NCBI GenBank assembly: GCA_051439505.1
Contig: JBFRWI010000086.1
Coordinates: 60,116-124,115 of the forward strand
Direction: 5' to 3'
Length of the DNA stretch: 64,000 bases
Source: Hormoscilla sp.
Lineage (GTDB): Bacteria; Cyanobacteriota; Cyanobacteriia; Cyanobacteriales; Desertifilaceae
Of this stretch, positions 20,129-30,356 are shown one piece after another. Each line of letters starts with the position of its first letter. The first letter of the stretch is position 1. The notes under the pieces were generated by a model that was not told where the DNA came from, ran no database searches, and saw nothing but the letters and a program-made list of their open reading frames with translations. Position numbers and translations under genes: made by a program.

Positions 20129-20824
20129 CTACATTGGTAATTTTTTGATGTCCTTATTTGCCCCTATTAACACCATTTTCGCTCCTTTCCGTAACTTTTG
20201 AACGCCTGTGGTATTTATTTCTAATTTTTTGTTCTCACTCAGGGCGATCAAATTGAGACCATAACGGTTTCTCAGTTCTATTTCGGCCAGGGTCTTACCC
20301 TCAAATTCCGCTGGCACCATTACTTCTACTATGCTATAATCTGGATCTAGTTCCAACCTTTCTAAAATGTTTGGTTGGGTGAGCGATCGGGCCATTCCGC
20401 AACCCATTTCATGCTCGGGAAATACTACCAAATCTGCTCCTACTTTTTTCAGCAGTTTTTCGTGAATCTTTGATGAAGCTTTGGCGATCGCATAATTCAC
20501 CCCTTTTTCTTTTAAGTTCAACACCGTGATGACACTTTCTTCAATATAATTTCCTATTGCTACGATCACCGTATCAAATTCAAAAATTCCTGCCTGCTTC
20601 AGGGCCGATGGATCTGTTGAGTCTAATTCTAGTACGTGGGTCGCGATCTCGTCGTTGGCTGTTTGAGCCACCCGCTTTTCATCTTTGTCAACCCCCATTA
20701 CCTCATATCCCATGCCATACAGCGTCGCACAGACTGCGCGACCAAACCTACCCAGACCAATGACTGCAAACTGCTTACTTTCTCGGCGCCGACTGCGGAA
20801 GAAACTCATAGATGATAAATGCAC
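20129..20824 (-). CDS. ktrA: Ktr/Trk potassium uptake NAD-binding subunit
   Basis: VIGLGRFG Rossmann motif; RCK-C domain. Confidence 0.9.
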   Translation of the reverse strand: MHLSSMSFFRSRRRESKQFAVIGLGRFGRAVCATLYGMGYEVMGVDKDEKRVAQTANDEIATHVLELDSTDPSALKQAGIFEFDTVIVAIGNYIEESVITVLNLKEKGVNYAIAKASSKIHEKLLKKVGADLVVFPEHEMGCGMARSLTQPNILERLELDPDYSIVEVMVPAEFEGKTLAEIELRNRYGLNLIALSENKKLEINTTGVQKLRKGAKMVLIGANKDIKKLPM

Positions 20825-20851
20825 TGTCTCACCTCTTTTCTATCTTCATAC

Positions 20852-22201
20852 TTACCCGATCAATAAATTTTCCTCTGGGTACCGGACGATCTGTGGTTTA
20901 CTGTTTCCCCGAAATACCGCCATCAGCAGCAACACTCCTACTCTCCCTATATACATTGTCCCGATCAATACCAGTTTAGCACCCAGGGGTACACTTGCTG
21001 TAATCCCTGTAGATATGCCCGTAGTCCCAAAGGCGGACACGACTTCAAAAAAGCTTTGGATAAAGTTAAACCCTTGCTCTCTTGCTGTCATGGTAAATAA
21101 AGTGGTGGCCAAAATTACCACTAACATGGATCCTACCACGACGCCAACGGCTTTCAGAATTAATGTTGTGGGAATCTGTCGTTTATAGCATATCACTTCT
21201 TCCTCCCCTTTCAGTGCTGCTCTGGTACAGCTGACCAATATTCTGGATGTGGTGGTTTTTATCCCCCCACCGGTACTGCCCGGACTCGCCCCGATCGACA
21301 TTAGGGCTATGGTAATAAATAACGACGTGATCGTCATGCTGCCCATGTCGATCGTATTGAACCCTGCCGTCCGACTGGTGACTGATTGAAACCACGCTGC
21401 CATCATTTTACCCCCTAAGTTTAGCTGCCCTAGGGTTTCGGGATTGTTAAATTCTGTTTGGAAAAATGCGATCGTCCCTAATACCAATAGAAATATCGTG
21501 GTACTGGTGACCATTTTGAAATGCAAGGAAAAACCACTGCTTCTACGGCGACTGCGGTCTCGACACCATTGATATAGTTCCATGATTACTTGATATCCCA
21601 AACCGCCAAATATAATTAACAAGGTTATTACTATGTTCAAAATTGGCGCACTCACATATCCTACCAGACTATCACTAAATAGACTAAACCCGGCATTATT
21701 GAAGGCACTTATGCTATGAAATATTGATAGCCACAGTCCCTGGATAAATCCATAATCTGGTACGAATACTAGCAGCAAACCAAATACTCCAGTCATCTCA
21801 AAAATTAAGGTAACTGCAATAATTGATTTGACTAGCTGGCCGACTCCCGCTATTCCTTCTACATCCAGTGATTGTTGTAGGGCGACTTTATCTCGCAAGC
21901 CTAATTTACGCCCTAGCAGTAGCAACATAAATGTGTTAGCTGTCATGTATCCTAAGCCGCCAAATTGAAATAAAATGCAAATCAACAGATGCCCCCAAAA
22001 TGAGTAATATTGGCTGACATCTACTATGGATAAACCCGTGACACATACAGCGGATGTCGCGGTAAATAATGCTTTGATTACGTAATCTAAGGGGCCCGAT
22101 ATCGCCGCATCAGAGTTAATGGCAAATGGCAGCATTAACAGACCGGTGCCCAACGCGATCGCCCCTAGAAAACTCAAGCAAATTGTTCTCGAAACAGTCA
22201 T
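20852..22201 (-). CDS. ktrB: Ktr/TrkH potassium uptake membrane subunit
   Basis: SAVCVTGL, SAFNNAGF, RTAGFN, GSTGGGIK, SAFGTTG pore loops. Confidence 0.92.
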   Translation of the reverse strand: MTVSRTICLSFLGAIALGTGLLMLPFAINSDAAISGPLDYVIKALFTATSAVCVTGLSIVDVSQYYSFWGHLLICILFQFGGLGYMTANTFMLLLLGRKLGLRDKVALQQSLDVEGIAGVGQLVKSIIAVTLIFEMTGVFGLLLVFVPDYGFIQGLWLSIFHSISAFNNAGFSLFSDSLVGYVSAPILNIVITLLIIFGGLGYQVIMELYQWCRDRSRRRSSGFSLHFKMVTSTTIFLLVLGTIAFFQTEFNNPETLGQLNLGGKMMAAWFQSVTSRTAGFNTIDMGSMTITSLFITIALMSIGASPGSTGGGIKTTTSRILVSCTRAALKGEEEVICYKRQIPTTLILKAVGVVVGSMLVVILATTLFTMTAREQGFNFIQSFFEVVSAFGTTGISTGITASVPLGAKLVLIGTMYIGRVGVLLLMAVFRGNSKPQIVRYPEENLLIG

Positions 22202-22202
22202 T

Positions 22203-22498
22203 TGTTAATTGCTAATGGCTAATTGCTAATTGTTAATTGCTAATTGTTAATTGCTAATTGCTAATTGTTAATTGCTAATTGCTAATTGTTAGTTGTGGGT
22301 TGACCACTGACCACTAACTACTAACTACTAACTACTAACTACTAACTACTAACTACTGACGGGTGCGGTCTTGCACCAGTTGGTAATACCACACCCGCTT
22401 CTGACAGTGGGTGCGGCCCACCCTACTGATGCAACGACTGCCGGAGCCACACCCACTACTGACTACCGACCACTGACTACTACCCACTGACTACTGAC
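22203..22498. repeat. Cyanobacterial STRR heptamer tracts: (TAATTGC/TAATTGT)n and (ACTAACT)n, plus REP-like elements
   Basis: About 12 heptamer units at 22205-22290 and about 6 ACTAACT units at 22313-22357, in the divergent ktrB/vte4 gap. Confidence 0.9.
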
Positions 22499-22547
22499 AA
22501 GATCGCGATTTATTGTACCATAAACTCTTGAGATAAAACAATCAACC

Positions 22548-23405
22548 ATGAATCAGACAATTTCTGAAGAAATTAAGGAATTTTACGATGCTTCCTCGGG
22601 TCTGTGGGAGCGGGTTTGGGGAGAACACATGCACCACGGCTACTATGGCGAAAGCGGTCGGGAAAGGAAGGACCGGCGTCAGGCCCAAATCGAGCTGATG
22701 GCAGAACTGCTGCGCTGGGCAGGGGTCCGGCAGGCCGATCGGATCCTGGATGTGGGCTGTGGGATAGGTGGTAGTTCTCTTTATCTTACAGAAAAGTTTA
22801 ATGCACAAGTGACTGGCATCACTCTCTCTCCGGTACAGGCCAGCAGGGCCACTCAAAGAGCTGGGGCCGCAGCGCAGTCCGATCGGACCCAATTTATGGT
22901 AGCAGATGCCCTGAATATGCCTTTCGCTGCTAACTCCTTTGATTTGGTTTGGTCCCTCGAAAGCGGCGAACATATGCCCGATAAGGAAAAATTCCTGGCG
23001 GAATGCTACCGGGTGCTGCAACCGGGGGGAACGCTGCTACTGGCCACTTGGTGCCATCGCCCTACCAAAAAACCGGGTTGGCCCCTGACGGCAGATGAGC
23101 AAAAGCATCTAGAAGAGATTTATCGCGTCTATTGTTTACCTTACGTTATTGGGTTGCCAGAATATCAGGCGATCGCCCATTCAGTAGGTTTTGAGGGCAT
23201 TCGCATCCGTGATTGGTCATCGGCGGTAGCCCCCTTTTGGGATGAAGTGATTTTTTCGGCCATGAATCCCGATGCTATACTGGACTTACTCGGCTGTGGT
23301 TGGCAGACTATTGTTGCTGCCCTCTCCCTGCCCTTGATGGTCTCGGGCTATCGACGTGGCTTGATCCGCTACGGGTTGCTCTCCGCTAGGAAATCAGGTT
23401 CGTGA
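22548..23405 (+). CDS. vte4: Gamma-tocopherol methyltransferase
   Basis: FYDASSGLWE..WGEHMHHGYY, ILDVGCGIGG, SLESGEHMPDK, TWCHR. Confidence 0.88.
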   Translation: MNQTISEEIKEFYDASSGLWERVWGEHMHHGYYGESGRERKDRRQAQIELMAELLRWAGVRQADRILDVGCGIGGSSLYLTEKFNAQVTGITLSPVQASRATQRAGAAAQSDRTQFMVADALNMPFAANSFDLVWSLESGEHMPDKEKFLAECYRVLQPGGTLLLATWCHRPTKKPGWPLTADEQKHLEEIYRVYCLPYVIGLPEYQAIAHSVGFEGIRIRDWSSAVAPFWDEVIFSAMNPDAILDLLGCGWQTIVAALSLPLMVSGYRRGLIRYGLLSARKSGS

Positions 23406-23490
23406 AGTGAGGATATATCTGGGGGGCAAACATCCCCCCTCTGGCTAAATCTAACAGTTATCATCAATTAAGTCAGGTAAATTAACAATT

Positions 23491-24645
23491 GTGAAACGGA
23501 TTTATCTCAGAAAAAGGCTTCATAGGGTTGTGCTGCTTTCAGTTCTGCTGATCTCTATGTTTTCGGTGGTCCTGTGGCAGCCCGATCGTCTTCTAGAGTC
23601 TAACTCCGATAGACAGGAAACAACAGTAGAATCACCTGTAGCTAGTGCGGCTATTGATGAACCAATTCAGCCAATTCCCCTGCAGCTGGATCTGGATGAA
23701 AATAAGGTAAAATTGGGCGAAAAACTATTTCACGATCCGAAATTATCGGGAAATAATACGATTTCTTGTGCTAGCTGCCATAATTTGCAGACTGGCGGTA
23801 CGGACCGCTTGCCCAAAACCCTGGGAATTAATGGTGCAGTTGGCGATCGCAATTCGCCGACGGTGTTTAATAGTGGATTTAATTTCAAGCAGTTTTGGGA
23901 CGGGCGATCGGAAAGTTTGGCAGCTCAGGTTGACGGACCGCTCAATAATCCGATCGAAATGGGGTCTTCTTGGCCAGAAGCGATCGGGAAACTCCAGCGC
24001 GAGTCTGATTATGTTTATATGTTTGACAAGCTGTACCCCGATGGGATAAAAAGGGAGAATATAAGAGATGCGCTCGCGACTTTTGTGCAGTCTCTATATA
24101 CTCCTAACTCCCGCTTTGACAAGTTCCTGCGGGGGGATACCTCAGCAATAACTGAGTCGGAAAAGGAGGGATATCGCCGGTTCAAAGCCTCTGGATGCGT
24201 CAGCTGTCATCAAGGTGTGAATGTGGGGGGGAATATGTTCCAGACCATGGGAATTATGGCAGATTACTTTGGCGATCGGGGCGAGGATCGAATAGCAGAA
24301 GATGCCGGGCGCTTTAACGTGACTGGCGATGAAGGCGATCGGCAGCTATTTAAGGTTCCCAGTCTGCGCAACATTGCTCTGACTGCTCCTTATTTTCACG
24401 ATGGCTCTGCCCCTACCCTAGAAGGGGCAGTTGCTATCATGGCAAAATATCAATTAGGACGGCAGATGTCGTCACGAGATATCGAAGTCATTGTCAAGTT
24501 CCTCCATACCCTCACGGGCGAATATAAAGGGCAACCGCTAGGCAATTCAAAATTCGAAATTCAAAATTCAAAATTGGGACAGTCTTTGGGCGCAAGGAGC
24601 GCGCGCAGATCGGCCTATGCAATTTCAATACACGACAGCTTATGA
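23491..24645 (+). CDS. Di-haem cytochrome c peroxidase/MauG family protein, membrane anchored
   Basis: Two CxxCH (CASCH, CVSCH), [32 protein letters not shown]-terminal hydrophobic helix. Confidence 0.9.
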   Translation: MKRIYLRKRLHRVVLLSVLLISMFSVVLWQPDRLLESNSDRQETTVESPVASAAIDEPIQPIPLQLDLDENKVKLGEKLFHDPKLSGNNTISCASCHNLQTGGTDRLPKTLGINGAVGDRNSPTVFNSGFNFKQFWDGRSESLAAQVDGPLNNPIEMGSSWPEAIGKLQRESDYVYMFDKLYPDGIKRENIRDALATFVQSLYTPNSRFDKFLRGDTSAITESEKEGYRRFKASGCVSCHQGVNVGGNMFQTMGIMADYFGDRGEDRIAEDAGRFNVTGDEGDRQLFKVPSLRNIALTAPYFHDGSAPTLEGAVAIMAKYQLGRQMSSRDIEVIVKFLHTLTGEYKGQPLGNSKFEIQNSKLGQSLGARSARRSAYAISIHDSL

Positions 24646-27587
24646 AACTAGAAAAACTGCTAAATATATCGATCGGAATCAGTGGTTCTCTGCTATTGGT
24701 CTTTCTGGTGGGAAAGACCCAGTCGATCGAATTTACCGAACACGAGGAATATCATGCAAATTTGGTTAAGCTGAAGGAAAATCATGCCATACTCAATCAT
24801 GATTTGCTGAAAGCTCGTTACGAGATAGCAACATCATATGATGGTTTTGTCAAGGAATTATCGGAATTAAAACAGACTCAGTCGGAGATGAAAACAATTC
24901 CGACATTCATAGGTGCAGATGGTGTAATTGAAATTAAGCAGCTTCTGACAAAAAATGCAGCAGTTATCAAGGAAAAAGATAGTTTGATTGAACGCTTCAA
25001 ATCTCAAAATGCGATTCTGAAAACTTCCCTACGTTACTTGCCAGAGTTGACTAGAGAATTGGGGGATAATTCCCAACGTCGGGACTGGTATCTGGAAAAT
25101 ACTCTCAATGATTTGCTGTACAATATCCTGCTTTACAATCTGACTTCGGATGAGAAAATGGCCCCGGAGATCGAGAGCCAAATAGAACAATTGTCCCAGA
25201 TCAAAGACCAGTATGCTGTCCGGGATAGGTCTCTAATAGAACTGGCGATCGCCCATACTAGAACGATTTTGCTGTACAAACCCCAGGTAGATGTCTTAAC
25301 TAAACAGCTGCTAGAATTGCCCACAGTGCAGTTGAGTGACGAACTCTATGAAGCCTACGAGCGCGGATATGAAAAAGCTCTGAAAACTGTCAATCTTTAC
25401 CGTTTATATGCCTACATTTTCTCTTTGATATTCCTGGGTTGGATTTCTTATATAATTATATATAACTTAGCGAAAGCACGTGCAACTGCCCTAGAAGCGG
25501 TGCAGGCAAAGTCCCAATTTCTGGCTAATATGAGCCACGAAATTCGCACCCCGATGAATGGGGTCTTGGGGATGGCGGATTTGCTGGCGAAAACTGCTTT
25601 GAATGCCGAACAACGATCGTTTGTGGAGACGATCCAAGTTAGCGGCCAGGGTCTGCTGACGCTGATTAACGATATCCTGGACTTGTCTAAGCTGGAAGCT
25701 GGGAAAATGCTGTTGGAGACTGTGGAGTTTGATTTGACCAAAGCTGTAGACAATGTCGTAGAATTATTGGCAGATAAAGCCCAGGGAAAGGGAATAGAAT
25801 TAATTGCCTGGATCGATCGGGATGTGCCGAGAAAATTACAGGGCGATCCCACTCGCCTGCGTCAGATTCTGATTAATCTCGCGGGCAATGCGATTAAATT
25901 TACTGCCTCTGGAGAAGTGGTGGTGCGGATATCTGTTAACTCCCAACTACCTGATAATAATCGGATCGACATGCGGTTTGCAGTCAAGGATACGGGGATT
26001 GGTATTGCCCCAGAAGACCAGAAAAAATTGTTCCAATCTTTCTCCCAAGTGGATGCTTCCACTACTCGCGAATACGGAGGGACGGGTTTGGGTCTGGCAA
26101 TTTGCAAGCAGTTGGTAGAAATGATGGGCGGTGCTATTGGGGTGGATAGCGAAGTGGGACAGGGTTCGACTTTTTGCTTTACCGCTATCTTGGGTAACTT
26201 GTCAACCCCTGGGACTAAATATGTTAGGGAAGAATTAAAAGAACAAAGGTTGTTGGTGGCGGACAGTCATGCTACCTATGGGGAATTTGTCAATTACCAT
26301 GCCTCGGGGTGGGGGATGGAGGTCGAGCGGGCGACGGCGGCCTCCGCAGCAACGGAGAAACTCCTGGCATCTGTGGCTGAAAAGAGATCCTATAATGTCG
26401 TCCTGCTGGATATAGAGATGCCAGAAATAGATGAAACAATAGAACAATTAATTGACGGGGATGCAGATCTGAGTCAGACTAAGTTAATCGCCTGCGCTAC
26501 CCGCGTTCGGCAAGAGGAAGCTAAGCGGTTTTTGACTTTGGGTTTTGTCGGCTATTTAATTAAACCGATTACAGAATCGAAATTACTTGAGAGTTTAATA
26601 GCAGCAGTTACAGGTCAGTCTCCAGAGTCGGACGGTCTTTCCGACTTGGTCTATAACTCAGAGTCACGGGCGTTGTCAGTCAGTTTTGACGGAGAGGTTC
26701 TGCCCTCAAAAGACCTCGAACTTGAGGTAAAGACAGAGTCACCGAAAATTCTGTTGGTAGAAGATACAGAAATTAATCGGAAAGTGGTGCTAAATCAACT
26801 GAAAATGTTGGGATACAGGGCAGATGTTGCTGGTAACGGTCAGGAGGCCCTCGATATTTTAGCCGCCAAGCACTACGATATCGTCTTCATGGATTGCCAA
26901 ATGCCGGTGCTAGATGGCTACAGTGCTACCCAACAGCTACGGCAACGAGAGGGTTCCGACCGGCATACGATCGCGATCGCTATGACGGCACATGCGATGT
27001 CGGGCGATCGGGAGAAATGTCTGGCCGCAGGTATGGACGATTATCTGAGTAAACCGGTGGATATGACGGCATTGGCAGCTATGTTGGAAAAATGGTCTGG
27101 CCCCAGTCAGTCGTCACCCTTGTCAGTCAATTCCAACGGGTCAAGATCTGTTTTACCACCAGGGTCGGAACCCACAGATAGTCAAGAGTCAACGGTGTCC
27201 TTGGAGATCCCTAAAAGCACTACCCCAGGCGATACGACCGATAATCTTTTGTTCGATCGGGACCGTCTGCATCAAATCTCCCATGGGAATGAGGAATTCC
27301 AACTGGAACTTTTGCAAATATTTGTGCAGGATACTCAAGCTTACCTGGAAGAACTCAAACAAGGATTATCAGCAAATGATGTTGCCAAGGTTGGCCGTCA
27401 AGCTCATACCATTAAAGGTGCGAGTGGGAATGTGGGAGCAACATCAATGCAAGAGGTTGCTGCCGAACTGGAACGTCAGGCCCGAATGGAAGCAAGTCTG
27501 GAAGATGCGCCGGAATTGGTGGCTGACTTAGAAGATATCCTCGATGCTGTTCGTGCTTTCGTTAAACCGATGGCAGAAGTTAAATAA
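24642..27587 (+). CDS. Hybrid sensor histidine kinase: DAHL-like periplasmic domain, HisKA, HATPase, two REC domains, Hpt
   Basis: TM-helical domain ('[19 protein letters not shown]')-[43 protein letters not shown] overlap with the peroxidase stop. Confidence 0.88.
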   Translation: MKLEKLLNISIGISGSLLLVFLVGKTQSIEFTEHEEYHANLVKLKENHAILNHDLLKARYEIATSYDGFVKELSELKQTQSEMKTIPTFIGADGVIEIKQLLTKNAAVIKEKDSLIERFKSQNAILKTSLRYLPELTRELGDNSQRRDWYLENTLNDLLYNILLYNLTSDEKMAPEIESQIEQLSQIKDQYAVRDRSLIELAIAHTRTILLYKPQVDVLTKQLLELPTVQLSDELYEAYERGYEKALKTVNLYRLYAYIFSLIFLGWISYIIIYNLAKARATALEAVQAKSQFLANMSHEIRTPMNGVLGMADLLAKTALNAEQRSFVETIQVSGQGLLTLINDILDLSKLEAGKMLLETVEFDLTKAVDNVVELLADKAQGKGIELIAWIDRDVPRKLQGDPTRLRQILINLAGNAIKFTASGEVVVRISVNSQLPDNNRIDMRFAVKDTGIGIAPEDQKKLFQSFSQVDASTTREYGGTGLGLAICKQLVEMMGGAIGVDSEVGQGSTFCFTAILGNLSTPGTKYVREELKEQRLLVADSHATYGEFVNYHASGWGMEVERATAASAATEKLLASVAEKRSYNVVLLDIEMPEIDETIEQLIDGDADLSQTKLIACATRVRQEEAKRFLTLGFVGYLIKPITESKLLESLIAAVTGQSPESDGLSDLVYNSESRALSVSFDGEVLPSKDLELEVKTESPKILLVEDTEINRKVVLNQLKMLGYRADVAGNGQEALDILAAKHYDIVFMDCQMPVLDGYSATQQLRQREGSDRHTIAIAMTAHAMSGDREKCLAAGMDDYLSKPVDMTALAAMLEKWSGPSQSSPLSVNSNGSRSVLPPGSEPTDSQESTVSLEIPKSTTPGDTTDNLLFDRDRLHQISHGNEEFQLELLQIFVQDTQAYLEELKQGLSANDVAKVGRQAHTIKGASGNVGATSMQEVAAELERQARMEASLEDAPELVADLEDILDAVRAFVKPMAEVK

Positions 27588-27637
27588 GTAGGGTGGGCAT
27601 TGCCCACCGCATCGCCCAGCTGTTCCCATTTTCAGCC

Positions 27638-27763
27638 GGGTGTGGTCAAAAGTAGTTGATAGCTGGGTGCATCGCCCGATAGTAATATAGCCCGCGCAGG
27701 CGGGCTTTGTTCATGTAGCCGGGCCCTTTAGGGTTGGGCGACCAACGGGTTTTGACCACACCC
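27638..27763. mobile_element. 126-bp MITE, 14-bp TIR GGGTGTGGTCAAAA/TTTTGACCACACCC, 9-bp TSD TTTTCAGCC
   Basis: TSD at 27629-27637 and 27764-27772. An internal palindrome recurs in reverse at about 61431-61475. Confidence 0.88.
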
Positions 27764-27771
27764 TTTTCAGC

Positions 27772-28398
27772 CTATGTTAGCTGACCGAGATGCTTGAGTA
27801 TTTTCAGGACATTATACAGATCGTTCTCCCGTTTTTTAAGCATATCAAAGGGGTCAGATGTGGCATACTGAGAAGGGTTGCCTTGGACTAATTTGAGGAA
27901 GAGGAAACTGCCGCCATTGGTAATCATGCCAAAACTAGGTTTTTCTGGCTGAGGGTTAGCTAACATATAAGAGAGAATTTGTGCTCTACCTGCTTCCAAA
28001 GAGTAAAATGCCTGTTTGGACTCGATCACCGTTACCCACAACTGATCCTTGAGGACTAAGACATCCATCTTCCCCTCGACGATCCTACCATCATCCTCTC
28101 CCTCTAATGTCACCGTATTTTCATACTTGATGTGAAAGGGAGAGAGAAAAAAGTCAGCGAAAAATAGCAAGGGAGCAATTACTGCCATTCGGATGGGGTG
28201 TTCCAGCAAGGGAGGGTGTCTGAGTAGGTTAAAGTAACCTGCTTTCACCTTGTCTAACATTTGCTTCTCCGCGTCCGGGATCTCGGGTAAGTTGGTTTGC
28301 CATTCTGGGAAAAAATGCTCGTCATCAACTTCCACAAGGTTAAATCTTGCTTCTAATTCATCGATGGGAATAACTGAGGCCGATATTTTGTTGACCAT
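27772..28398 (-). CDS. Stand-alone HsdR-N-like PD-(D/E)xK restriction-endonuclease-fold protein
   Basis: GKMDVLVL..VIESK..AQILSYM..GMITNG. Confidence 0.75.
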   Translation of the reverse strand: MVNKISASVIPIDELEARFNLVEVDDEHFFPEWQTNLPEIPDAEKQMLDKVKAGYFNLLRHPPLLEHPIRMAVIAPLLFFADFFLSPFHIKYENTVTLEGEDDGRIVEGKMDVLVLKDQLWVTVIESKQAFYSLEAGRAQILSYMLANPQPEKPSFGMITNGGSFLFLKLVQGNPSQYATSDPFDMLKKRENDLYNVLKILKHLGQLT

Positions 28399-28565
28399 GA
28401 GAGTAAACAAGTACAGGTTTGAGCGTCATTAGCTTGACGATTGCTTTCAGTTTAGCATATAATCCAAGTGAATAGCAAGTGAAAAAAAAGACGATCGAGA
28501 AGATCCCCCATTAACTCATCAATATATCCATCCCATTAACTCATCTAACAACCGACAAAGATAAT

Positions 28566-29193
28566 ATGGCATATAGTGAATTTACGACGATCGCCAAAGC
28601 GAGAGAAACTTTTAACCTTATGGTTGAAGAAAAGATTCACCTGTTTACTGAGATCGAACCGATCGCACCCAGCGACTACCTAAAAATTACTCTGGATGAG
28701 AATTTACCTCTCGCTAACGCTATTAACACAGAAAAAGCCCGATCGGAGTTAATTATCACTCCGGTTTTACTAGAAGTGAGACGAATATTAAACTTCCAAA
28801 TAGGGTTTTTTTCGGGGACTGACTGTCGAGTCCCAAGTGGGACTGAATGGATGCTGCGATTATATCCTGACGGCATCCAGGAAAATGTATGAAATCAGAA
28901 CTCCTGTTGTGACCTTAGTGGAAGCAAAGAATGAAAATATTAAAGGGGGACTGGGACAGTGTATTGCAGAAATGGTAGCTGCTCAAAGATTTAATCTTCG
29001 ACATGATGAGGAAGTGCCAGCTATATATGGCGCAGTCACGACGGGGACTATTTGGAAGTTTCTCAAATTGAGCGCCCAAATGATTGATATGGATCTGAGC
29101 GATTATTATATTAAAGAGGTGGACGATATTTTGGGTATTTTAGCAACCCCTTTGCGGGAGGCGATCGCTTTATTAAGTTGCCCTCAAGAATGA
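28566..29193 (+). pseudogene. Frameshifted PD-(D/E)xK-fold cyanobacterial protein
   Basis: ORF 28566-28892 (MAYSEFT...TEKARSELII.P) continues in another frame as GLNGCCDY..VEAKNENI..GLGQCIAEMVAA..GAVTTG (28837-29193). Shift near 28823. Confidence 0.8.
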
Positions 29194-29305
29194 TATGATG
29201 ATAGTCGAGCAAAAGCAAACCTGTTGGCGAAAAAAACAGATTTTCTTAATGAATAGGGGAGCTGCGATCGGATACAATTGATCCTGAACCATATTGAGGG
29301 GCATT

Positions 29306-30262
29306 ATGAGTCAAAGTTACGATATTCAGTCTCCCGGAGAACAGCCAGGTAATACTAGACAATGGTTTTACTCCTTGTGGAAGTTCTCTCGTCCTCACAC
29401 TATTATTGGCACGACCTTGAGTGTGGTGGCCCTTTACGCGATCGCGGTAGCCCAGTCGCCCTCTGTACCCTTTGGTTCCGGTGGGATACAGCTATTGGGG
29501 ACTCTGGTTGCCTGTTGGTGCGGCAATGTCTATATTGTGGGGCTAAACCAGTTGTACGATGTGGAGATCGATAAAATCAATAAGCCTCATTTGCCGGTGG
29601 CGGCGGAGGAGTTTTCCCGTCGGACGGGCCAGTCGATCGTCGCTATTACCGGTATAGGGGCCCTGCTGCTGGCGGCCCTGACCGGTCCTTGGCTGTTGGG
29701 GACGGTGGGCATTAGTTTGGCGATCGGGACTGCCTATTCTCTCCCGCCAGTGCGACTGAAGCGGTTTCCCTTTTGGGCCGGGTTCTGCATCTATACGGTC
29801 CGGGGTTTGGTGGTTAATTTAGGTTTGTTCTGGCACTTTAGCTGGACTCTGTCAGATAAAATTATTGTGGTGCCACCGGCGGTTTGGGCCCTGACCCTGT
29901 TTATTCTGGGGTATACCTTCGCGATCGCCATTTTTAAGGATATCCCCGATATGGAGGGCGATCGGATCTATAATATTTCTACCTTTACCCTGCGGCTTGG
30001 TGCTAAAGTGGTATTCTATCTGGGACTAGGAGTGATTACCGCGTGCTATCTGAGCCTAATTGTGGTAGGCTTGTTAGGGATCGAAGGAGTTAATCCCATC
30101 GGATTGATAGTTGCTCATATTTTAGCCTTGGGCTTGCTATGGTGGCGCAGTTTTGATGTAGACTTAGAAGAACGTCCTGCGATCGCCAGCTTCTATCAGT
30201 TCATCTGGAAGTTGTTTTTCCTGGAATACCTGATCTTTCCAGCAGCTTGTCTGTTCAAATAA
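29306..30262 (+). CDS. hpt: Homogentisate phytyltransferase (UbiA family)
   Basis: FSRPHTIIGT, NVYIVGLNQLYDVEIDKINKPHLP, KDIPDMEGD, FYQFIWKLFF. Confidence 0.92.
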   Translation: MSQSYDIQSPGEQPGNTRQWFYSLWKFSRPHTIIGTTLSVVALYAIAVAQSPSVPFGSGGIQLLGTLVACWCGNVYIVGLNQLYDVEIDKINKPHLPVAAEEFSRRTGQSIVAITGIGALLLAALTGPWLLGTVGISLAIGTAYSLPPVRLKRFPFWAGFCIYTVRGLVVNLGLFWHFSWTLSDKIIVVPPAVWALTLFILGYTFAIAIFKDIPDMEGDRIYNISTFTLRLGAKVVFYLGLGVITACYLSLIVVGLLGIEGVNPIGLIVAHILALGLLWWRSFDVDLEERPAIASFYQFIWKLFFLEYLIFPAACLFK

Positions 30263-30356
30263 AATATCGGTGGAAATCCGATTTTTCCGGAACGGTAAGG
30301 AAACGGTTGTAGTGAAGGTATGATGAGCGCCCCTTGTCTTATGGGTATGAAGTAAA

